From the NCBI GenBank assembly GCA_040880145.1, contig JBBDIZ010000029.1:4820-68819 (forward strand): a stretch of DNA of 64,000 bases. Reading direction: 5' to 3'. The first letter of the stretch is position 1; each line of letters begins with the position of its first letter. Below, piece by piece: positions 37,877-45,021 of this stretch. The translations under genes and the position numbers were made by a program. The stretch comes from Simkaniaceae bacterium. GTDB taxonomy: Bacteria > Chlamydiota > Chlamydiia > Chlamydiales > JAJFMI01. The notes under the pieces are model-generated. The model had not been told where the DNA came from and did not search any database. It saw nothing but the letters and a program-made list of their open reading frames with translations.

Positions 37877-38675
37877 TAGAAAGAAAACAAGCGGAGATTA
37901 CGTGAATAGTGATCATTGGCATTATCGCAAGAAAGAAGAAGAATTTGGCTCTTTTAACTTAGAAGAGATGAGAAAAAAAATCGATGAAGGGGAGATCAAT
38001 GATGAGACTTTTGTTAGACATAGCCAAGACCCGGATTGGAAGCAGGTAAAAGAGATCAAAGAGCTCAATATCGAATTTCTCGATACGACACCACCGATTA
38101 CAAAGCCTGAGCTTGAAGAGCATAATTTAAAGTCAGAAGAGAGAGAGAAAAAGTGGACAAGACCCTTTATCCGTTTTTTTGCCCGTATGATGGACTATTC
38201 GCTTTTTTATCTTCTTTTGTGGTGCTTCGCTTATTTTTTCAATCAGCCTTTATTTCTACTTCACCCCCTTTTTTTTCTAACAATCATAACATTTATTTTT
38301 GTCTTTATCGAAGCGCTATTCTTCTCTATCATTGGAACCACGCCGGGAAAGTGGTTTTTGAAAACCACAGTTCGAAAAGAAAATGGGAAAAAACCGAGTT
38401 ATCGCGAGGCTCTTGCTCGAGCTTTAAGTGTTTGGGGGCTGGGGTTTGGCGGGGGTCTTCCCATCATTTGTATCATCACAGGAATCGTTGCGAATATCAA
38501 GCTTTCGAACACGGGGTTAACAACCTGGGATCGCCACTATCAGTTTAGCGTTACCCACAAGCGACTGGGATTTTTCCGGACCTTCTTGACTGTTTTGTAT
38601 TTTATTTTTTTTATAGCTCTACTCAACGGCGATCTCAATATTTGGAGCCGGCTAGCTATCGGAACCAGCCTGTAG
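37857..38675 (+). CDS. GYF-like N-terminal domain + RDD-family membrane protein
   Basis: WHYRKKEEEFGSFNLEEMRKKIDEGEINDETFVRHSQDPDWKQV is DUF4339/GYF_2-like. It is followed by RPFIRFFARMMDYSLFYLLLW and three TM helices (RDD). Confidence 0.55.
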   Translation: MIQRANSRKKTSGDYVNSDHWHYRKKEEEFGSFNLEEMRKKIDEGEINDETFVRHSQDPDWKQVKEIKELNIEFLDTTPPITKPELEEHNLKSEEREKKWTRPFIRFFARMMDYSLFYLLLWCFAYFFNQPLFLLHPLFFLTIITFIFVFIEALFFSIIGTTPGKWFLKTTVRKENGKKPSYREALARALSVWGLGFGGGLPIICIITGIVANIKLSNTGLTTWDRHYQFSVTHKRLGFFRTFLTVLYFIFFIALLNGDLNIWSRLAIGTSL

Positions 38676-38800
38676 AGATAGCAAAAACGATGAATGCTAA
38701 ACAGCATGCAGCCCACCTTTTTTTCTTTTTTCCATGCATTTTCAAATGACTTGAACATCTTAACTAACATGAACCCAATAAAAGGTGTTAAGATCATGAG

Positions 38801-38997
38801 GCCGGAGAGTCGGTTGACATCCTCCCAACTGCTAAAGCAAGTGGAATTCCCTATTCTTACGTTTAGGGTTCCTAATTCTCAGACCGTAGCTTTCGGTTCC
38901 ATTAGGAACGGGAAGTCTTACACAGTCTCCAAAGGCTTAACATCCCACGAGCCCCGTGGTAGACCTAAAAAGGTGAATGTAGTTTAACAGATTATGG
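38801..38997 (-). ncRNA. paralogous structured element, copy 2 (candidate ncRNA or cis-regulatory RNA; transcribed strand unknown)
   Basis: The reverse complement aligns with 29660-29848. Shared blocks AGGTCTACC, GGATGTTAAGCCTTTGGAGA, GAATTAGGAA, TAGGGA and TGTCAA, with covarying stems. Confidence 0.45.
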
Positions 38998-39038
38998 AAA
39001 AAACAAAAATACGAAACAAAAATTTAAGACGCTCTCAT

Positions 39039-39062
39039 CCCACCCCTAAAGAGGTGGGTTTT
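39039..39062 (+). terminator. terminator-like hairpin
   Basis: CCCACC-CCTAAAGA-GGTGGG followed by TTTT. Lies in a 530-bp non-coding gap about 145 nt upstream of the EamA gene. Confidence 0.35.
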
Positions 39063-39064
39063 CC

Positions 39065-39085
39065 CGCGGGCAGTCATAAAAAACC
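39065..39085 (+). repeat. repeat family B copy (CGCGGGCAGTCATAAAAAACC)
   Basis: Identical at 20 of 21 positions to the reverse complement of 44931-44951. Confidence 0.85.
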
Positions 39086-39206
39086 ATTTCCAATTTAATT
39101 CCATAGAAAAACCTAAGTGCCTAATATTTAGAATGATAATATTTATTCCTCGATCAGAATTTATCATTAATATTTAAATTCGTTTTGGAGTATAATACTT
39201 GAAGCG

Positions 39207-40079
39207 ATGGAAAAAAAAACCCTTTTTTATATCCTATTGGCTTTTTTAGGCTCTTCTTTTGTGGGGCTGGCTCCTCTATTTGTTCGCTGCAGCGGAATTG
39301 GGCCTGTAGGTGCGGGTTTTTACAGGATTTGTCTCTCGTTGCCTTTTCTCTTTCTTTGGATGAAAAGAGGAAAGAGAGTCGAGCTTTTAGGGAGGGATTG
39401 GGTCAAATTGGCTCTCTATGGGGGGCTTTTTGCGCTAGATCTATCTCTTTGGAATCTCTCCTTAAGCTATACATCGGTTGCAAACGCTTCGCTTTTTAAT
39501 AATTTTGCTGCCTTTGTGGTGCCTCTTTTACTTTTTATTTTTTATAAAGAGCTTCCAACAAGTCGTTATTTGCAAGGGGGAGTTTTAGCCTTATTGGGCT
39601 CTTTTTTGCTTATGAAAGGCTCTTTAAATTTTTCTATCTCCTCTTTGTTTGGCGACTCTTTAGCCCTTTTATCCGCGGTTGCTTATGGGGGCTATCTGAT
39701 TATCATTAAAGAGCTTCGCAGCAAGCTCTCTTCAGGGCATATTCTTTTTTTTGGGGGGATTTTTGCTCTTGCTGCTCTTTTTACAATCGCCATCGTAAAA
39801 GGAGAGAGCTTGAGGATTGCTACGACTCGAGAGTTTTTTCTTCTTTTTGCTTTTGCTCTATTTGCTCAGCTCTTGGGTCAAGGGTTGATCGCCTATTCTA
39901 TGGGAAGGCTCTCTTCAAAGGTTGTAGGGCTTGTTCTTTTGACTCAGCCAATAGTATCTACTCTGCTAGCTTATTTTCTTTTAGGAGAGAGCGTGGCTCT
40001 TTCGGCTCTTTTTGGAGGGGCTCTTATTTTGACGAGTCTTTTTTGGGCTCAGGAGAGGAAAGGTCTTGATACTGCTTGA
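39207..40079 (+). CDS. EamA/DMT-superfamily transporter
   Basis: 290 aa with 10 predicted TM helices in two EamA-like halves. Confidence 0.75.
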   Translation: MEKKTLFYILLAFLGSSFVGLAPLFVRCSGIGPVGAGFYRICLSLPFLFLWMKRGKRVELLGRDWVKLALYGGLFALDLSLWNLSLSYTSVANASLFNNFAAFVVPLLLFIFYKELPTSRYLQGGVLALLGSFLLMKGSLNFSISSLFGDSLALLSAVAYGGYLIIIKELRSKLSSGHILFFGGIFALAALFTIAIVKGESLRIATTREFFLLFAFALFAQLLGQGLIAYSMGRLSSKVVGLVLLTQPIVSTLLAYFLLGESVALSALFGGALILTSLFWAQERKGLDTA

Positions 40080-41271
40080 GTTTGTTGCGTAGTGTTCGGA
40101 CATGGATCCCTAAAGATTTAGCGGTCTTAGTACGATTATAATGATGATAGGTGAGTGTTTTTTCGATATACCACCTCTCAAGTTCGTAAAGCGTCAGAGA
40201 GCTCTTGAATAAAGAGGGAAAGGAGAGGGTCCTCTTGATTGGAAGGTGCTCGGGCAGGATCAAATGACTTTTATCGAGAACAACGACATGTTCAATGAGA
40301 TTTGACAGCTCTCGAATATTTCCGGGGAAGTCATATTCTAAAAGTTTATCTATCGCGCCGCAAGAGAGTTCTTTTTCATCTTTTTGATTTTTTAAGCAGG
40401 CTTTTTTTAAAAAGGCCTTCGCAAGAGGAATGATATCTTCTTTGCGCTCACGTAAGGGGGGAAGCTCTAAGGGGACAACATTTAGCCTATAGTAAAGATC
40501 TTCTCGGAACTCGCCGCCTGTGATCATCTTCTCTAAATTTCGATTCGATGTCGAGATCAGGCGGACATCGACTTTTTTTGTTTGGGTATTCCCAAGTCTT
40601 TCAAATTCACCCTCTTGAGCGGCCCTTAAAAGTTTTGCCTGAAGAGAGAGGGGGATTTCTGAAATCTCATCAAGGAGCAGGGTTCCTTTATCCGCAAGCT
40701 CAAATCGGCCCAATCTTCTCGAAATTGCTCCTGTAAAGGCGCCTTTTTCATGGCCAAAAAATTCCGCTTCAATCAAACTTTCAGGAATCGCAGCGCAGTT
40801 AACCTTTAAGTAGGGAGCTTTTTTGCGAGGAGAATTCTTATGAATGTAAGATGCAATCACTTCTTTACCGGTTCCTGACTCGCCGGTGATAAACACATTG
40901 GCATGGCTGTTTGCAATTTTTTTCGCATCTTGTAAAAAATTTTGCATCACTTTGCTTGTAGCGATAAGATCTGTTTGATGAGACTTTAATTCATCAATGG
41001 CATTGATAAGAGAGGTGTCCATTGTTTTTGCGAAGAGATCTAAAAGCAAAAGAAGAGCATGAGGCGCTTTTTGCTCAAAGGAGTGCATCGATCCATCATA
41101 ATGGGTTTTGTCGACTAAAATAAGGTCGACTTCATCTTTTTCAAGATATTTAAGGGCATCTGAAGTATCACTTAAGATGTGAACATCGATTTTTTGCTCT
41201 TTAAGGTGGGCAAGAAGAAGATGGGACCTCCTGTCAGGAGAGCTAATAATTAAGGCTTTAGGTGCAGACAT
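40024..41271 (-). CDS. sigma-54-dependent response regulator (NtrC/AtoC family, CtcC-like)
   Basis: Receiver-like N-terminus with DLILVD. AAA+ GESGTGKE, GAFTGA-type loop EAEFFGHEKGAFTGA, and C-terminal HTH NRTKTAKSLGIHVRTLRNKLKQY. Confidence 0.88.
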   Translation of the reverse strand: MSAPKALIISSPDRRSHLLLAHLKEQKIDVHILSDTSDALKYLEKDEVDLILVDKTHYDGSMHSFEQKAPHALLLLLDLFAKTMDTSLINAIDELKSHQTDLIATSKVMQNFLQDAKKIANSHANVFITGESGTGKEVIASYIHKNSPRKKAPYLKVNCAAIPESLIEAEFFGHEKGAFTGAISRRLGRFELADKGTLLLDEISEIPLSLQAKLLRAAQEGEFERLGNTQTKKVDVRLISTSNRNLEKMITGGEFREDLYYRLNVVPLELPPLRERKEDIIPLAKAFLKKACLKNQKDEKELSCGAIDKLLEYDFPGNIRELSNLIEHVVVLDKSHLILPEHLPIKRTLSFPSLFKSSLTLYELERWYIEKTLTYHHYNRTKTAKSLGIHVRTLRNKLKQYQDLSSPEPKKDSSK

Positions 41272-41310
41272 CGTTATTATTTTATTTTTATTTCTAATTA
41301 AAGGAATATA

Positions 41311-42129
41311 ATGAAACACCATTTTTTGCAATTAAACTATTTTATTATCTTTGGGTTATTTTTAATTAGTTGCCAAGGGTGGGAGCGCACTGAAAAAGAT
41401 CGCATCAAGAAGGTCAATGAGGTTTCAAGTCGAGTTTATCGCTATCATTTTGAGCGATATGCTGAGGAAACTCCTTTACTGCATCGAATACGTGAACGCT
41501 ATCCATTTGAAGAAAAGATGATTGGGCTCATCCCGAAAATTACCAAAGAACATTTTCGTTGCAGGGGAAGTAGCCATAACCCGATACAAATCAAAAAAAA
41601 TCAACAGGGAAACGCGTATTCTCTAGTTGACTGCGGTGGCATTGAGCAGCATAGCCTTCCTGTCGAGGAAAATAGCGAAAAGATTTACCCAATCTTGATC
41701 GATCTTTTAAATAATGTTCAAAAAGAGACGAATCGACGCGTCATTGTGACTTGTGGACATCGCTGCCCGATTCATAATGCCTATAGTGATCAACGAGGAA
41801 AAAATTTGAAGTCAAAGCATTTAATTGGTGCTGAAGTAGACTTCTACGTTCAAGGATATGAGGAATCTCCAAGGGAGATTATTGATATTCTTCTTGAATA
41901 TGATAAGGATCAAGAATACGGCTTGTTTTATTATGCTTTAATTGATGGAGTTGCCACTTGGCAAAATAAGGAAGTGAGATTTTCTCTTTTTCAGAAAAAT
42001 CAAGGCCGTGATTTTGATAATCGACATCCCTACTCTTATATTACCATTGAGCTTCTCTACGACCGAAGTGAAAACAAGCGTGTCTATTACACATGGCATC
42101 GTTCATTTAATGGATACTTGAGATGGTAG
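41311..42129 (+). CDS. peptidase M15A-like (YcbK/DUF882-type) zinc D,D-carboxypeptidase-family lipoprotein
   Basis: Lipobox LFLISCQG. VTCGHRCPIHNAYSDQRG...SKHLIGAEVDF matches the SGYR-x-N...H-x6-D pattern. Confidence 0.55.
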   Translation: MKHHFLQLNYFIIFGLFLISCQGWERTEKDRIKKVNEVSSRVYRYHFERYAEETPLLHRIRERYPFEEKMIGLIPKITKEHFRCRGSSHNPIQIKKNQQGNAYSLVDCGGIEQHSLPVEENSEKIYPILIDLLNNVQKETNRRVIVTCGHRCPIHNAYSDQRGKNLKSKHLIGAEVDFYVQGYEESPREIIDILLEYDKDQEYGLFYYALIDGVATWQNKEVRFSLFQKNQGRDFDNRHPYSYITIELLYDRSENKRVYYTWHRSFNGYLRW

Positions 42130-42757
42130 GAATATGGGTGTAGGGAAAGTTAATAGAAGCTTTGAGTTGAGGGTGATTGGGATCGCAGATCAGGATGGGT
42201 TTTATTTTTGCCAAATGAAGAGCGTTTAGGCCTTTTAGGGTATCTTCAAATCCAATGGTTTTGTTCGCTTCTATAGAAAAGGCTTCAAGCGCCTTTAGAT
42301 AGCCATCGGGATGAGGTTTAGGAGATTCATAATCCTCACGGGTAAACCAATAAGGAATTTTCTGAAGAGTGGGATTTTTTTTTACAATTTTGTCGATGGA
42401 GGATTTTAAAGAGTTTGTCACAACTCCAAATTTTTTTTTGTGATTTAAAAGTTCATTCAAAAAATCTTCAATCCCAGGCATTAAAGGAACAGAGACCTTT
42501 TGAAGAAGCGTCTCGTAGTGGCTGTTTTTTCTTTTTCGAATGCCTTCCCAATCTCTATTGAGAAGAGGGAATTCACGATATAGAGCTTCGCGGTGTTGAT
42601 CTCGATGAGCATAATTGCAGTAAAGATTGAAGTCCCAGCTTAGAGAATAACCCATTTTTTGAAGCGTGGACTTATAGGCTTCAAAATGGAGAGGTTCCGT
42701 GTTGACGAGCAGACCATCGAAGTCAAAAAGAAAGAGGTCATAATTTTGAAAAATCAT
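42107..42757 (-). CDS. HAD-superfamily hydrolase (beta-phosphoglucomutase-like subfamily IA)
   Basis: LFLFDFDGLLVNTEPLH motif I, VVTNS motif II and FEDTLKG motif III. Confidence 0.8.
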   Translation of the reverse strand: MIFQNYDLFLFDFDGLLVNTEPLHFEAYKSTLQKMGYSLSWDFNLYCNYAHRDQHREALYREFPLLNRDWEGIRKRKNSHYETLLQKVSVPLMPGIEDFLNELLNHKKKFGVVTNSLKSSIDKIVKKNPTLQKIPYWFTREDYESPKPHPDGYLKALEAFSIEANKTIGFEDTLKGLNALHLAKIKPILICDPNHPQLKASINFPYTHIPTISSIH

Positions 42758-42758
42758 A

Positions 42759-42842
42759 TACCGATGACTGGACTCGAACCAGCACCTGATTGCTCAGAGT
42801 AGATTTTGAGTCTACCGCGTCTACCAATTCCACCACATCGGC
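42759..42842 (-). tRNA. tRNA-Leu (anticodon CAA)
   Basis: 84 nt on the minus strand. Acceptor GCCGATG/CATCGGT, anticodon stem GTAGA/TCTAC with loop CTCAAAA, long variable arm, T-arm GCTGG-TTCGAGT-CCAGT. Confidence 0.85.
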
Positions 42843-42878
42843 AAAAGATAGCAATTTTACATAGAACCCCATTTGAAA

Positions 42879-43628
42879 TCAAGAGGAGTAGATCACTTTT
42901 TTGAGAAAAAGCCCCTGAGGAGAGGCGCTTTTCCCAGCGAGCTTCCGATCTTTACCGGTAAAAATGAGATCGAGGTTTTCAATCGATATTTTCCCTTTTG
43001 CGATATCAAGAAGCGTTCCGACAATATTGCGCACCATTTTGTACAGGAATCCATTTCCCTCAATCTCGATCATAAGCCCATCCGTATCTTCGATGATATC
43101 GAGTCTATAAATCGTTCGAATTGCATTTTTTCGTGGGTGTTTGATCGTCGATTCATTTGTAAAAGAGGTAAAGTCATGAGTGCCAATAAAACGTTTAGAG
43201 GCTTGCATAAAGAGTTCTTTATCAAAGCGTCCTCGAACATGATAGCTTGTTAGGCGCAGGAATGGGGGGCGAACGGGACTTGTAAAGAGGTGATAGGTGT
43301 AAATTTTTCTTTTTGCTGAAAAGCGAGCGTGAAAATCATCTGAAACGAGTTCTAAAGTGTGGATGCGGATACATTTTGGAAGAATACCGTTTAAAGAGTA
43401 TTGGACTTTTTTTTCCTCTAAAGGCTTTGGAGCATCAAAATGCGCAATTTGGGCATGAGCATGGACCCCTTGATCTGTTCGGCCCGATCCAATGACTTTT
43501 ACATCCGATCCAAGACAGGTCTTTAAAGCAGCCTCTATTGAGGCCTGAATAGTAGGAGTATTTGGTTGGATTTGCCATCCTCCATAAGAGGTTCCGTCGT
43601 ATGAAATGGTTAATTTATAGCGGGGCAT
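42879..43628 (-). CDS. truA: tRNA pseudouridine(38-40) synthase
   Basis: 249 aa. RYKLTISYDGTSYGGWQIQP and GSGRTDQGVHA. Confidence 0.93.
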   Translation of the reverse strand: MPRYKLTISYDGTSYGGWQIQPNTPTIQASIEAALKTCLGSDVKVIGSGRTDQGVHAHAQIAHFDAPKPLEEKKVQYSLNGILPKCIRIHTLELVSDDFHARFSAKRKIYTYHLFTSPVRPPFLRLTSYHVRGRFDKELFMQASKRFIGTHDFTSFTNESTIKHPRKNAIRTIYRLDIIEDTDGLMIEIEGNGFLYKMVRNIVGTLLDIAKGKISIENLDLIFTGKDRKLAGKSASPQGLFLKKVIYSS

Positions 43629-44287
43629 AATAAAAATTCAACCAGGTGAAGATCTTGAGGGGTTGTGATTTTAATATTGATGTTAAGGCTAAGTGTCAGT
43701 TTGACATTCCGGCCTAGAAGTTCGACTAAAGAAAGATCATCAGTAACGGTAAGGTTTTGCTCTTTTGCTTTTGAAAAGCCCTTTAATAGAAGATCTTTTG
43801 AAATCAGTTGGGGGGTATAAATTTCAAAAAGGTGATCTCGATCGAGGGTTTTGGTGACAATACCAAGAGCATCCCCTTTTTTGATTGTATTTTTCGAACG
43901 AGATGCGAGGGCCGCTGCTCGATATTTAAAGGCATCCCTCCTTAGATTTTCTAAGTCATCGAGGTGAATAAAAGGGCGCGCTGCATCGTGAATCAGAACA
44001 AAATCACTACTTATGTTTTGAATTCCATTGTAGACAGAATCTTGCCGCCTTTCACCGGGAGGAGCAAAACGGGCGCCTTCAAAGTGAAAGTGATATTTTT
44101 CTTTTGAGACAACGACAATATCATCAATCCAAGGGATGCCCTTGAAAAAGTCAAAAGAGTGCTTAGCAACAAGCTTCGGGCCAAGAGGATGAAACACTTT
44201 TGGAGTCGAAGACTTAAATCGTGTTCCGTTTCCTCCAGCAAGAAGAAGGGCAGTGATAGTTGGGTTGATGGCAGTCATAACTGCCAT
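43610..44287 (-). CDS. ispD: 2-C-methyl-D-erythritol 4-phosphate cytidylyltransferase
   Basis: 225 aa. LLAGGNGTRF and VLIHDAARPF. Confidence 0.9.
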   Translation of the reverse strand: MAVMTAINPTITALLLAGGNGTRFKSSTPKVFHPLGPKLVAKHSFDFFKGIPWIDDIVVVSKEKYHFHFEGARFAPPGERRQDSVYNGIQNISSDFVLIHDAARPFIHLDDLENLRRDAFKYRAAALASRSKNTIKKGDALGIVTKTLDRDHLFEIYTPQLISKDLLLKGFSKAKEQNLTVTDDLSLVELLGRNVKLTLSLNINIKITTPQDLHLVEFLLCPAIN

Positions 44288-44310
44288 CGATTATAAAGAA
44301 TAGAGCTCTT

Positions 44311-44571
44311 TTATGAAAGGTGGTTATTAATGAGTTTTGTCATTTCAAACATATTAACTGTTTTTTTACCGCCAAAAACTTTTTTTAGTTTTTCGTCTGC
44401 AATGATGTTACGACGGTTCTCCGGATCTTGACGGTCATGCTTTTTAATATAAGCCCAAATCTTCTTTGTCACTTCAGTTCTCGGCATAGGTCCTTTACCA
44501 ACAACAGCTGACAGATCATCGCTGAGCTTCATAGGCTGCATAAATTTGGAATTCGTTTTCTTAGTCGCCAT
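44311..44571 (-). CDS. SWIB/MDM2-domain protein
   Basis: 86 aa from the ATG at 44571 (AAGGAG upstream). KLSDDLSAVVGKGPMPRTEVTKKIWAYIKKHDRQDP...MFEMTKLINNHL. Confidence 0.9.
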   Translation of the reverse strand: MATKKTNSKFMQPMKLSDDLSAVVGKGPMPRTEVTKKIWAYIKKHDRQDPENRRNIIADEKLKKVFGGKKTVNMFEMTKLINNHLS

Positions 44572-44936
44572 ATTTTTTCTCCTTAGTTGATGACTAACCT
44601 TAGGTTTTTGTAGTCCCAAGGGAATTATAAGTCAAAGCAAAATGCAATGTTCCCCATTATACGTAAGTTGGCAGCAAAATGTCTAGTGCTCTACTGGATT
44701 GATTTTCAGGGGAATGCAAAAAAGTTAAGAATTGACGAAAAACACGTTAATAAATTATCAGTTTTTTAATTAAATTGGAGTGAATATGATCAAAGAGAGA
44801 TATGGGTTTAGCGGGCAAATAATAGCTGATAATTAACAATTTATAGAAGAAATTGAATCATTTTTTTCCTGTGTTAAACAAGGGGAGGTTGGGAGGCTTT
44901 ATCTCACATCAAAGTTTTCTGAAAATCTTGGATTTT

Positions 44937-44986
44937 TTATGACTGCCCGCGAAAAAACCCATGGTTTTAATCGTGGGCAGTCATAA
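44937..44986. repeat. repeat family B inverted pair forming a long hairpin
   Basis: TTATGACTGCCCGCGA (44937-44952) pairs with TCGTGGGCAGTCATAA (44971-44986): 16 bp including one G-U. The 18-nt spacer is itself palindromic (AAAACC-CAT-GGTTTT). Confidence 0.85.
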
Positions 44987-45021
44987 ATCTGTAGAAATTA
45001 AGTTGTATTTTAGGGCCTCAC

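Noticed and set aside
38840-38900. Partial resemblance of the minus-strand sequence CTGAGA...ACCC...TAGGGAA to a TPP (THI-box) riboswitch.
   Set aside because: The pyrophosphate-sensing helix consensus (ACCTGATCTGGATAATGCCAGCG-like) is missing. The paralogous copy at 29660-29848 has CTGTGA instead of CTGAGA. No thiamine gene is adjacent.
38694-38987. 97-aa ORF containing an AT-hook-like PRGRPKK, and the 85-aa minus-strand ORF at 38540-38797.
   Set aside because: The first coincides with the structured repeat element. Its paralog at 29660-29848 does not preserve any reading frame. The second overlaps the RDD gene's 3' end and has no RBS.
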